DNA of 64,000 bases, taken from contig OZ024740.1 in assembly GCA_964016885.1 (NCBI GenBank), positions 391,468,001 through 391,532,000 of the forward strand, written 5' to 3'. The translations under genes and the position numbers were made by a program. Each line of letters begins with the position of its first letter. Positions within the stretch are counted from its first letter, which is position 1. Below the pieces are notes generated by a model that ran no database searches, had not been told where the DNA came from, and saw nothing but the letters and a program-made list of their open reading frames with translations. Of the stretch, positions 1-12,719 are shown piece after piece. This DNA comes from Eledone cirrhosa (Eukaryota).

Positions 1-821
1 ATGCATGACAAATTGAAGTTTTAGTTTGGATTATATCATATACACCTACTCAAACACTCACGTACACATGCAGACACATAGACAAGCGCACACTCACACT
101 CACATGCGCACAGGAAAGCACCCGCGCACACACACATGCACACACGCATTTATATATTTGTGTAAGGAGAAGTGAGCGTGTATAAAATATGAGACAGGGT
201 AATTATTCATAACTATAGCTCTTATTCTGATTGAGAGAGAACTTTTAATAGCTAATAATTAATCTATCTGATGCTAGGAAAGTGAAAGTAGTCACATACT
301 GGAATATAATAACACCACTGGCTGCCTTCTGGTTGCTTTAACAATAACACGCAATATCTACATTGAGATCGTAATAAGCAGGCTAAACTTGAGTGTTTTG
401 AGACGTACCTCTTTTGAAACTTTACCAAGTCAATATTACAAAAGAAGAGGTGGGAGAAAGAACATTTAAGAAAACTGTTGAGCGAGAAGCGAAATTATGA
501 AAGTGAGAAAGTATAGAAGGAATTTAAACGAGAGAAAAAACTAATATGTACGATTGTAAGTTTTCGGACTACTGTCTTTTGGGATGAAATCTCGTTTTAG
601 TATTTAGATTTACATAATATTTGAAATCCCAAACGTTATTATTTGTGTTAATACTTGTCATAAGTATCCACTAGGCCACTGTGGCACCATATTGTATGTG
701 AATGCTAGAGTACAAGAGAATTGAAATTCAGCAAACTATAAACATTTTTCTCTTCGTCATCCAGGATCCATAACCTTTATACCATCACCTCCTCCTCCTC
801 CTCCTCCTCCTCCTCCTCGAG

Positions 822-1672
822 ATTTCTAGAGTGGTGGGCAAGTGCGACGACACACTCGAAGGGGCTCTGGGTCTCGACGAAATTAATCTAACCAGTCTGT
901 TCTGGAAGACTTTCGAGCCGGGAACTATGGATAACTTCTAGAAATCCCTCGCTTGGCAGTTCTACCGAGGGCAGTTCTGCCAGTTCGATATAAACTCTAC
1001 AGGCACGGAAGTGCTGTCAGACGGATCTGCTCGAGTTGTGCACAGAGCAACGAAAGCGGTCTGCACGCCCTCGTCCAATGTCTGTGCATTACTGACTTGT
1101 GGAGTTATGTCGAACAGCTGTTGTCGCATGTAGAACGGATCCAGCTATCGGCCGAGTCCATAGTAAAGATCGCCCCGCCGCCTTATTTTGGCCAGGAAGG
1201 ACAGGCAGTGTTCCTCTGTTTGTTGGAGGTAGAGAAAGTGGTTGTGTGGTGGACCAGGCTGAAAGGACTGAAGACAGACACTTTTCTCTATGGCTAATTC
1301 CTCGTCAACTTTTTCAAGTTTCACTTGGAAAGGAAGATGAGGGTAGAGATAGAAGTGCTGCCCCACAGTGCATTTGCTAAAAGGAGGGCGAATGTGGCGA
1401 GAATGGCTGAGCATGTGCATGTAGGCCGGTTGATTTGAGGTGGAGAGGAGTGCCCTGCCTTGGTGCCCTCGAAGTCGGGTGGTTCAGGATTTGTGGAGTA
1501 CCCGAGTCACCCCTAAGTGGTTATCCCCCGTATTTGGGGAATTTATATTGTTATAATTGTATTGTTTATTTTGTTGTTTTTATATTGCTTACTCGATTTT
1601 CGTATAACCACTCCACTGTCCACGTCTAATGTATTGTCCCCTACAAGTAGGCCCTAGTGTCCAATAAAGAAA
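822..1672 (+). mobile_element. Tx1/L1-type LINE 3' fragment (C-terminal zinc-binding region plus 3' UTR), degenerate
   Basis: ORF 953-1297 (LPVRYKLYRHGSAV..CSSCAQSNESGLHALVQC) is collinear with ORF 40561-41043 of the long copy. It ends in the same CCAATAAAGAAAT terminus. Confidence 0.85.
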
Positions 1673-1708
1673 TTATTTATTTCATCGACCCCGTAAGGCT
1701 AAGAGGTG

Positions 1709-1860
1709 TATCCCGCCGAGGTTAGCTTTGCCTTTCATCTTAACGGGGTCAATAAATGAAGTACCAGTAACGCACTGGAGTCGATTTAATCGACTTTCTC
1801 CTCCCTCTTCAAATTGCTGGCCTTGTGCCTAAAGTAGAAACAATTATTATTATTATTATT
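1709..1860 (+). mobile_element. Nin-domain tRNA-derived SINE, 5'-truncated, long subfamily
   Basis: Contains GCCTTTCATCTTAACGGGGTCAATAAA and ends AATTGCTGGCCTTGTGCCTAAAGTAGAAAC(AAT)n, matching the other copies in the window. Confidence 0.85.
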
Positions 1861-2256
1861 ACCGTTATTGAAAAATTATTACTATCCTTCTTAGATTTAA
1901 CATTTTAAAATCTTTTTTATAATTATCATTATTATTGTTATCTTGATTCTCAAATTAGCGTTCGTACTACAACTGCTAAAGCTACTATTTCTAGTGTTAG
2001 GGTTACTTATATTAGTTTTTACTAATATCACAAACAGCTCCGCTATACATCGCAAATTTGGCCCCAAGGAATTCCACCTCACACTAACATCATGAGCACA
2101 TCATTATCATGGGAAATAATGATTATATAAGGACAAAGGAAACAGCCATTCCTGAAATATACCAGAATGACAACGATGATGGCGACGGTGGTTATGGTGG
2201 TGATGAGGATGCTGGACATGATATATAATAAAGAGGTAGACTGGCAAGGTTATGGA

Positions 2257-2257
<1 letters not shown>

Positions 2258-2350
<93 letters not shown>

Positions 2351-2793
2351 AACTGGAGAGAGAGATTTGGATGATGAAGAGAGAAATAGAAGGTGTGGAA
2401 ATGTCCTTCAGGAAAAGCATTTTGCATAAACATTAATGATTTTTCCAAAAAAGAAATGGTTTAAATTATTTACCAAAGGAGGAGAAAAATAATATATCCT
2501 AGCTACAGAATCTAATATTAGCATAACTCAGAGGGCTATTGCAAAATATGAATCGTGTAGAAATTTTTTCGTTTCAATTGAAATTTTATATTTTTTCGAA
2601 CAAAACAATTATTTTTACAGTATGTGTATTTTTGTGTGAACGATTGTGTACATATATGCAAAGCGTCTGACAGTACATATACACATGTATTATACATATA
2701 TGAATATGTACATATTTGCATATAATTATGGAAAGGATTATGTACGTGTTCATAATCAATATATTTCAACCTATCTCTCCTTCTTTCTCTTTC

Positions 2794-2871
<78 letters not shown>

Positions 2872-2969
2872 CTATATTGTTTCCTTTATACAGTACATAC
2901 ATTCATACATATGTCTATACTTACATACATGCATCGTTCTTTCTGTCTTTCTGTATATAACACACACAC

Positions 2970-3034
<65 letters not shown>

Positions 3035-3035
3035 C
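2258..3035. repeat. Microsatellite cluster: (CA)n(TA)n, (TCTA)n, (CA)n
   Basis: Directly visible simple repeats at about 2258-2347, 2794-2870 and 2960-3035. Confidence 0.95.
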
Positions 3036-3099
3036 ACGAGATATGCCAGGAAAGTAACAGGACTTAGTGTGCTGTGTGAGCTATGAGTGGGGTAGTGAT

Positions 3100-5178
3100 T
3101 AGTAGGTTGAGTTACCGTGTGGCGTAAAATCGGGGAGAAAAATCTCGACTGGAGAAGGCGTTCAAAGAATGTAAGGCATGAGTGCGGAGCTAACTTACAA
3201 CAGCAAAATATTCATGGTGGTGCGATAAAGCGCATCACATACAAACCTTGGCAGAAAAACGAGATGCTAAATTGTTATATCATGAACTGCTCACAATATA
3301 TGGCCCACCTACCACAGTCGTTGCCCCACCGTGGTCAAAGAATGGAAACAAAGTGTAAGTAAGCCTGATGAAATCAAGGCAAGATGCTGCGAATACTTTA
3401 ACGACCATTTAAGCCACATATCTCGCTTTAATCCCGACGTTATTGAGGTAATGGAGCTGACTCCCGTCATTAATACGTTTAATGATTCTCTCACATTAAA
3501 AGTGGTTAAGACTGCAGTGAGACAAATAAACACTGGTAAAGTACCTGGGAAAGATGGTATAGTGACTGAAATAGTGCAATAATGTGGTCCTAAAGTAAAC
3601 GATCTGTTGCATAACACACGCCACTAGGTGCGGTTAAAGGATGCAAGCCCACAAGACTGAAAGGATGCCATTCTCGTCTCTCTTTTCAATAAGGGACCTA
3701 AAGATGTGTGTAACAACTACCATGGGATCTCTTACTATCAGTTGTTGGTAAAATCTTTGCCTGGATTGTTCCTAATCGTCTGCTGATGCACGTGAACCTA
3801 ACATCTTGCCGGAATCTCAGTGTAATTCCCGTTCATATCGGGGCACTGCAGATATGATCTTCACTGCGCGGCAGATGCAGCAGAGGTTTAAGGAGCAGCC
3901 GCTTGAACTGTATAATTGCTTTATTGATCTCACGAAGGCCTTTGACACAGTCAGTAGGCAAGCTCTTTGGAATATACTGGTTTTCCCTGAGAAGTTTACG
4001 GGATTTATACGTTCATTGCATGATGACGAGAGTGTAGATTTGTATCAATGGTGAACTCCTAAAACCTTTCTCAGCTCAGACCGGCGTGAAACAGAATGAT
4101 ATGCACCCGGAAAGCCATATATTCCACCATCCATATCTGTCAAAGGGAAAATATTGTAGTTTGTCTACCTGGCTAGTGCTCTTTCCAGAACCAGTATTCC
4201 TGAGGAAGGAATAAGCTTCCGGTTGTCTAAAGCTTCCGATAATTTTGGTAAGCTGGAGAAGCGCCTATGGTCATAGTCAGATATCAGTGTGCGTACGAAA
4301 GTCGACGTGTACCAAGCATGTATTCTTACATCCTTTCAGTATGGATGTGAAACATAACATGAACAACATACTGTGGACATATCCAGCGCCTTAAACGTTT
4401 CCACTAACAATGCTTGCACTCCATCTTCAAGATCTCAATGCAGGTCTCACACACCAGACACTGATGTGCTGCAGTGGGCATGTCTGCCAAGCATCGAGAC
4501 CATGACCATAAGACAGCGTTTCTGGTCACATAGTACGACTAGAGAAAAGCAGACTCCCAAAACAAATGCTATAAAGACTGCCTGAAAGAAACCATAAAGA
4601 CTGCCTGAAAGATATCCCAAAGAAGGTCAACATCAACATTGAAACACGGAAAAATATTGCAACGGACGGAGAAAAATAGTGAAATCTGATTGCTATCTCT
4701 GTTAAGGAATTTGAAAAGAAGGTGAGGCCTTATGCTGAGGTAAGCGAGCAACTAAATATATGGAGTGTATTAATCCGCTTCCAGAATGAAGTCCAAAAGA
4801 GACTCTTATCTGTCAGGGATGCGGGTGTGTATGTATGTCAAAGGCTGGACTACTAAGCCATAGGAGATGTCATACTCATGGAAATAACACCTTTTATTAA
4901 CCCATTCACCCTGATTTTGATTGTGGTATCAATATCAAGTGTCGTACCTTGCAAGTAGGCTAACACGGCACCACAAAGTATGCTGCGCCAATCAAACTCA
5001 AGCAAGCGGGAAACCTACCTGCACACTGTGTGGTATTATATGTAACTCACTTCCTGGTTGGATGAGCCACCTAAGGCGGCATAAACGACAACAACATGAA
5101 TATCACGTTTTTTCAATGTCTGTCTTTTCTTCTAATAATTGGCCGTACTCGGACACGAGTTGGCTTTCATTATGTACG
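3100..5178 (+). mobile_element. RTE (BovB-like) LINE remnant: reverse transcriptase plus C-terminal C2H2 fingers, frameshifted
   Basis: Motifs KVPGKDGI, PESQC..R..RGTADMIFTARQMQ and FIDLTKAFDTVSRQALW. C-terminal CxxC..HxxxH motifs (CTLCG..MSHLRRH). Many stop codons. Confidence 0.85.
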
Positions 5179-5429
5179 TATTGATGTTTTTTCATGGTCA
5201 ATGCGCAATAAGAAATTAAAAGTGCATTGCTGCCATGAGAACAATGTCTATATGACAAAAGACAAATCAGTTATGGAATAGTATCTTAATCTGCGATATA
5301 ATACGTTTTGGCTTGTAAAAAAACATGAATAAGACCGAATATTGGAGACATGCTTATAGATACATACATACATAATATATACACACATACATAAATAAAT
5401 ACATACATACATACATAATACATACATAC

Positions 5430-5998
5430 ATGGTGGCTGCCAACTCGTTTTCGAGTACGGCCACTACTTTATATCCATGTAGGAGAACCCCTACCGATGC
5501 GCTGAAGGAGTGTGACTTTTTAGTCCAGACTTGAAAACTCTGGTACAAACACTACACTTGTGACAATTATTGACACATAGTGCTTTGCCTTTGGTACCAT
5601 GTGACGACAAGTGCAGAGAGATCTCCAGATATAAAGCAATGCCTGTGCTGTGAAGCTTTTATAGTGAGCAAAGGCACTGCACAAAGCCAGTCCCACTCTC
5701 TTAACCAAGATGATATTTACCAAAAAGAAGAACAAGTCAACATCATTGGATACCATCAGGGTTGCAGGTGTTATATGAGAGTTTTCCTTCTCCTAGAATT
5801 CTGCCTTGACAAAGGCTAAGGGGTCATCTCTCCCAGTGATTTTGGATGGCCATTGACTCTTAAAAGCTCCTTTGCCCTTTGACAGGTTTTGTTTTTAGTC
5901 CTGCAGGATGTCCAAAGTCACCCTCCTCACCAAGAAACCTTGGTGGGGTTGCCAGTTTAGTCCCCAACGACCCGACCATGAGACAGGTTGTACTGGGA
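5430..5998 (-). mobile_element. Non-autonomous RTE-derived element (about 570 bp) between (CATA)n tracts
   Basis: No coding capacity. Its minus-strand 3' end GGCCGTACTCGAAAACGAGTTGGC..(ATGT)n matches the 3' end of the adjacent RTE LINE (5141-5164 GGCCGTACTCGGACACGAGTTGGC). Confidence 0.6.
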
Positions 5999-6557
5999 TA
6001 CATACATACATACATACATACATACATACATACATACATACATACATACATACATACATAATACATATATACACACATACATAATACATACATACATACG
6101 TACATACATGCATACATACATACAATTCACAAATATAATCTTAGCAAAACTAATGTTTACGAAATGCTATATAAAATTGGAAAAGAAATTGAATCATAGA
6201 AATATACAGTTGGATGATTGCTTCATTAGTGTAAACACTAATGAGTTGTTGATGTTTTTCCTGTTTATTATATATACCCCAATTTTATTTGGCCTGAAGG
6301 TCTTAGAACATTGTCTGAGGTAGCTACATAGATGCATATCAAACGTTCACATATTAATTTACTACAACGGAATTCATACTTACATTATGGATGACGTTGA
6401 TACAGAAAATTATTGATGTATTCAGAACTAGAAAAATATTGAAAAAATATAATTTATTCATTTATTTAACACGCACCGTCACACAAATATACATATTTTG
6501 GAATACATATATTTCAAAATTAAAAAAAGACAAACGCAGAGGACAATTGCACAAAAC

Positions 6558-6595
<38 letters not shown>

Positions 6596-8197
6596 TAACA
6601 TAATACTCCTAAAAAATAGTGGGGTTTATAGTAAAACATATTTAATTTAATAATTCATTGATTACTACTTCCTATGTAAATATGATTGGATCGTCGATTT
6701 TATTTGACTTTCTCCCTCTTGTAACATCGGCTATCACTAAGATTAATTATTAGTAACTCATAAAGGAAAATAAAAAAAATATTTTTAATGTAATTAAATA
6801 GTTTCAAGAAAATTGAATTTTTATGCTGACAACTATAGAAAGGTTTTGATATATTTAGATCTCAGCAGTGAACCGCCTTAGTAAGATTATACTTTCATTA
6901 TCCAAACAGGAGACAAATTTCAATCTAATAAAAATTCTGTACGAAACTTTTGCTAATCAGCATTTATCTGAATTATCTAAATACAGGGCACACCTAAATT
7001 ATTTCCCCCTGGATCATCTTTGTTTTTTTTAATCATGCAAATTACTCTGGCCACAAGTCGATGCAATTCTTTTTCTTCTAGTAAAATTTTATGTTCAATT
7101 GTCAAAACAGTTTTGAAAAGATGGTGAAGATATGTTTCGCTGATGATGTTAATAAGGCTGAAACATATCCATAGATCTCGACTGTCAACCCTGCATCTTA
7201 TGTGAAAATCAAATTTTCTGTTAAATTATGTATTTATATTTTGAATTAACTTTCCTTTTCTTTGAGAGACACTCTCGATTACCGCCTTCATATAAGAGGC
7301 AGATGTCAATTCAATAATTAGTTTATGGAGTACATCATTAAGTACATCACCGATCTAATATATTTTGCTATAATTTCGTCTATTGACTTCTACGGAATTC
7401 AGGAGTTTTTATGAAATTGTGCTGACAGTAGTGTGTATGACAAATTGTAATATATAATATATATTTTTTACTCTAATTAAGAAAATAATTACGAATTTAG
7501 TTTCCTTATAAGCTCTTGAGTTCGACAATATATACTTCAACAGATTTTAATCAATAGACTATAGTTTCCGCTTATAAGAACATCTTTTTTCAGCCTAAAT
7601 TGTTTGGTTTTTAATTATTTTGAGTGTTCCAAAAGATAATTAAGCTGGCTGTGTATGGTTATTAACTTTGGTTAACTTCGTTTCATTAATGCCTTTAGAA
7701 ACAGCATAAAAGTCATAATTATGATATTACTGTCCACCTATTAACTTAGATTAGCAAACGTCAAACATTTGGGCCGAATTATCAGCCGGGTTAATGAGAA
7801 TATTGCTTTCTTTTGACCAAAGTCAAGAAAATATTCTTTTTGTTAATCGCAGATGTTGTAAATTGTTGACTTTCTCAATGTTCTTTGGAATGGTAACTGG
7901 AGAAAATTTGCTTCAGGTAATATCAGAAAATGGAACGTGATCTCAACCTTCTGAAAGATTAATCACCTTTAGAACTACAACACTTGACACCGGAGTAAAT
8001 GAAATATTGATTCCTTATATATGCATTAAACACATTTATTAGTGGTTAAGCAATAATTAATCGAATCAGGACAACGATGTAAGCTATAAAACCTGGTAGG
8101 ATGAAATAGAAAAACGAATCCCTTAAGAATTTGAACAATCGAAGAAGATAGTAATAGTATACACGTGTGTAGTTTCTACTAACTATGAGGAAAAGAA

Positions 8198-8339
8198 TAT
8201 CGATTGAACACCAAGGCAGTTAAATTTGGTAGGTGGTATATTTTTCTCTTCTAGAAATTGTGATTAACTGACAGTTGTTTATACTCATGACTTTCGATGA
8301 AATTACCACTTTTCTAATATGTATTCTAAATACTGGAAC

Positions 8340-8423
<84 letters not shown>

Positions 8424-8555
8424 GTGTTCCGGTATTTAGAAAAGCGGTAATTCCATCGAAAGTCATTAGTATAAGCAGCTCTCAGTTAATCACGGTTTCT
8501 AGAAGAGAAAAATATACCAGCTACCAAATTTAACTGCCTTGGCGTTCAATCGATA
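8198..8555. repeat. Inverted repeat (arms 8198-8344 and 8421-8555) around a (CA)n spacer
   Basis: Arms are reverse complements, with about 12 substitutions and one 11-nt indel by eye. Confidence 0.9.
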
Positions 8556-8564
8556 ATCTTTATA

Positions 8565-8629
<65 letters not shown>

Positions 8630-8641
8630 ATATATAGAAAT

Positions 8642-8692
8642 GGCTTCTACAGGACTAGAACTGTTTCATTCGGGAGAAATCATCAGGAAGCC
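8642..8692 (-). ncRNA. Minimal type I hammerhead ribozyme
   Basis: Minus strand reads GGCTTC-CTGATGA-T.TTC(TCCC)GAA.T-GAA-ACAG(TTCTAGTC)CTGT-A-GAAGCC. This gives a 6-bp stem I, a full CUGANGA/GAA core, a 4-bp stem III and a GUA cleavage triplet. Confidence 0.85.
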
Positions 8693-8695
8693 CTG

Positions 8696-8760
<65 letters not shown>

Positions 8761-9119
8761 AGTAAAATGTCAGTGAAGCTATTATCTCAGTAGCTAACGA
8801 AAGACAAGCCACACTCGTTTCTCTTCATCACAAACACATAGTGATTGAACGAGACCTTTTATTATGACTATCAAAGATATATTCAATTTTTATATAAATG
8901 CATCCTTCTCATAATTCTTTAATTAAATCTTTAAATTTTAAACCTTAATTTTTACATTTTTATCTTTAATCTTAACTTTAATTATAACCTTAAAACTTAA
9001 AGTTATAAGTTCTGAAACCACCCCGTCTGTTATATTTTCCCTACAAAACAGATGAGGATATAATTGATTCAATTTCTACCTTGGGTAATAGAATGAACTC
9101 TATAGACAATGAACACAAC

Positions 9120-9680
9120 CCAAGGATATGGTCCGAACGTGGAAGAGCCGAGCTCCCACTGTCATCGCCTCCCTCTCTCTCACCCTCCCCATCTCTCTGT
9201 ATGGTGAGCAAATGGGGTCCCACGTGCTGGCTCCCCCCCCCCAGCTCCGAATGGAGAAGGACAGAATGGAGAAGGCGTTTCCCCGGAGGATGGTAAGGGA
9301 GATGCGCTGGAAGAGCCATTCCAAGGCTCACACCTGCGGCTGGCCAGCTCAGCGCCTATGGTGGTGAGTAGGGAGGTAGCCCTAGGGCCAAGGACACCAG
9401 AAGTCTCCACTGCCAAGGGCACGACCGCAAACCTGTCGGAGAGCGACCGGTATTTGAAGAGTTTGGCCTTCTCAGCCCGACGTGCAGCAGAACCTGGGTC
9501 AGTCGCAGACTGCACCAGGTTGCGGCTGGAGAAAGTTTCACTGCAAGTGGCATCCCAGACGAGGGGTTTGTCACCGCGGAACGGGGAGATGGTCATACCG
9601 TCAGGTCTTTTGCCGCCCCCTCGGTCCAGCCCCACCGGCTCGAACTGGGTGGGGAAGCCTGCTGCATCCAAGCCATGCTT
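9120..9680 (-). mobile_element. CRE-like LINE 3' fragment with restriction-like (PD-(D/E)xK) endonuclease
   Basis: ORF 9180-9671 has GKRPDGMT..LVWDATC..AARRAEKAK..KY..VPLAVETSGVLG, continuing after a frameshift into LFQRISLTILRGNA. It is a GC-rich island in AT-rich flanks. Confidence 0.8.
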
Positions 9681-11014
9681 TATAACGAGATATTTTCTTG
9701 CTAGATGTACGTAGTTCTAAGTTAATATTTTGGAAGTTAACGCTGATGAGGCTGACAGAGATGATACATATTATGATTCCTTTATTTGTTGTATGAATTA
9801 TTGTCAAAACTGAAAACCTAATTTTAAAACTCCTTTGCTTTATTGTTATAAACGCTAAAAGTTTGCTTTCTGTTTATAGCCTATGGTCTTTCATGCACAT
9901 AAACTTTGATATTAATTCAATAATGTCATTTTTATCGGACTTGCTCTATGTTATCAAAGTCACCGCCATCTCCATTTATCACGTTTGTACAAATATTGAC
10001 ATAGCAAGACATCAAACTGTTTCGAAGAGATCATTAAAAACTTGCCCTTCCAGCTTCCAGCATAAACCGAACCTTCAGTGTAAAAAGATTCTATGAATGT
10101 ATATATGAAATGGTACATTTATGTTCCTACGTTCAGATATAACTCCATAATGTCCTATAAGATATCGGGAGCGTAACATTGTCAAAGGCAGATGATTTTA
10201 TTTATACTGATTGTTATTTCAATGTAACTAAAGTGGCTAATGTAATATTTACTATAAAGATTAAAATATAAACAAACATTTCAAACAAAAATCATATCCG
10301 TAGTATTTTGTTTCTTTTACGTAAACATCTAAATATATAATTAAGAATGGTTCATATATATTATACCACTCTGTTCAAATATATATAAAAATCTACTTTA
10401 CCAGTTTTCTAAATAATGATGACTGTCTCAATTAATTTATTACATGCATATTCATTATAACCTTCGCATCATAGTCAATATGGTCAACTTATTAGTTATA
10501 TTCTTCTATGTCAGAACCGATTAATAAACAATTCCTGTCCACCACTAATTTAAAAACAGCTGAAGTAACTAAGAATAAATCAAATGCGGCAAACTTTATT
10601 TTCTTAATTTATTGAAGAGTAACGTCACTCAGCTTAATTAGATTAAAATAACTTAACCACTAATGGGATATGTATCTCACTTTAACACAATGTAAGCCTT
10701 CAATGGCAATATACGGATAATGACTCAAGCTTTGAACTGACCACAGCAAGGGAACATTGAACTCTTTTATATATATTGAACCAGCTTTTGTGGACGCTAT
10801 TTTTCCGAAGTATGCTGTTATAATAAATTCCCTTCAATGTAGTGTAAATGTTAGTGGAGGCGAGATAAATTGAAATAAAGTTGACCTCGATAATATAGAG
10901 CTACTCACACGAAAGTAGCAGCATTGGGTGAATATCCTGATTAACTCTCATGAATAAACACAAACGAACCTAAAAACAAAGTCGTTTCAAAGTTCTCGCT
11001 GTTTTGTTAATGAT

Positions 11015-11100
11015 TTTGTTGTTGGTGGGGGTATTTAGTTGATGGTTAGCTCTGATTGAGCAGAGTTATAACAAAATGCGTTCCAGCCATATTCACACCA
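11015..11100 (-). mobile_element. 3' fragment of a second SINE family ((AAC)n tail)
   Basis: Minus strand ATGGCTGGAACGC..CTGCTCAATCAGAGCTAAC..CTAAAT..CAACAAC resembles 56925-57000 (+). Confidence 0.5.
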
Positions 11101-11986
11101 GCTTTTTATATAAGAGTATAAAAGATCCAATATTTCCTTCCTATTTGTAAGGTGCCCATTAGTATGTCGTTTCGAGGGTTATACGCACAATTGATGTTTA
11201 ATAGCTTCAAGAGTTGGTAGGAGTCTAGTTGCTTTACATATATATAAAATGTGTTTCTAGCATTAAGCACAAGGCCACAAAATTGAGATCCTGCTGGTAC
11301 ATATTTTATTGGCTCTAACGTGAGAAAATGTTCTGTTGCCCCAGGGCGCATTTGAATATAAAAGAAATAGAAGTGATAAGATCATTAATGGTCTATAGTT
11401 TCTCCCATTCTATAAGTATAAAATGCATTTAGTAGCATTTTATAAGTAAATGTCAAAAAACATTAAACATAATTGAATCTATATTCAGATACAACCAAAT
11501 ATAAAAAACAATGATTTATCCGACACATTGTTAGTTTACAATAGATCAATCGATAGTTATTATAGGAAGAGTTATTTGAATATGGGATATCTTAAATATT
11601 CCATTCTGTTTTAGCCTGTCATATATTTCGTTTCCACCATTATACATGTATGAGAGACTTGCTGATGAATCATCTGTGTGTATCATACTAATCAATAAGC
11701 CAGCATCTCTTGAAAGTGTATTAATGGGGGTCAATGCTTGAATATTCGTAATCAGATGTATTCACCTTTAAAAGAGGACCTCAACCAACAGCATTTAGCG
11801 AAAGATGTGAAATACGCACTACCAGCCATCCTCGTTAAAGTAACACCACAAGATATGCAATTACGGTAAGAGAGGGTTCAAGCGTGAACAGTGTGCAGCG
11901 TTACTGATGATAAGTCGCTTACAATTCTATAAGCCAGTTAGCAATAAGATGTAGATTGTTTATAGATTGTATTTATCGATTTGCAT

Positions 11987-12032
<46 letters not shown>

Positions 12033-12034
<2 letters not shown>

Positions 12035-12241
12035 AAAAGAGTGAGGACCCCGATGCCTGACCTACCGGCCGTTTCGACAGCTAGATCCGAACTAGCTGTC
12101 ATTCGGATCTAGCTGTCGAAACGGCCGGCGCTCAGCCGTCGGGGTCCTGACTATTTTTCTATTACCCACTCTACTACTCTAAGTATAGAGTACTCTGGTG
12201 CGTTATGGTCCACCTGGTTCCTTACCACACTTTCTTTGTTA
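12033..12241 (+). mobile_element. TA-embedded fold-back element with hammerhead 3' half (Penelope-terminus/retrozyme-like)
   Basis: Flanked by TA repeats. A 27-bp perfect stem (CCGGCCGTTTCGACAGCTAGATCCGAA / TTCGGATCTAGCTGTCGAAACGGCCGG) extends imperfectly to GGACCCC/GGGGTCC. Homologous to 47259-47330 and 57919-57980. Confidence 0.75.
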
Positions 12242-12601
12242 TATATAATATATATGCACGTGTGTGTGCGTGTGCGTGCATGTACGTACATTTTGTGTCT
12301 GTTTATATATATATCATGTCTGTATATATTTTGATATATAAGAATAAGACTTTGATTTCCTAATAGGTACGTTTCTTTTGACAAATAAGCAGCAACGTCG
12401 ATAGACACTTGATATATATCTACTGAACAATATTTCAGTCGTTTTATGTTTCAGTTGGCTAGGTGAATGGTTTTGAGTTACAACTTCTAAAGCTTTGTAT
12501 TCACAGGGTAAAATTACACCGTCTGTTTTAAGTGGAAAATATTGTTATACTTAGCTACAAGAACAAAAATGAAATATCTTAAAGCTCAAATCTTTCATAA
12601 T

Positions 12602-12719
12602 TGTTTCTACTTTAGGCACAAGGCCAGCAATTACCCAGTGCATTACTGGTACTTTATTTTATCGACCCCGTAAGGATGAAAGGCAAAGTCAACCTCGGCG
12701 GGATTTGAACTCAGATCGT
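12602..12719 (-). mobile_element. Nin-domain SINE, 5'-truncated, with 14-bp target-site duplication (TSD)
   Basis: TSD AAATCTTTCATAAT at 12588-12601 and 12720-12733. B-box GAGTTCAAATC on the minus strand. Confidence 0.92.

Noticed and set aside
7128-7169. GATATGT-T-TCG-CTGATGA..GAA-ACATATC, resembling a type III hammerhead
   Set aside because: There is no room for stem I (3 nt) and stem II is mostly G.U pairs. A simple 10-bp hairpin or chance explains it.
11546-11760. Open minus-strand frame (LTPINTLSRDAGLL..) as a possible exon
   Set aside because: There are no convincing splice sites and no recognisable protein family.
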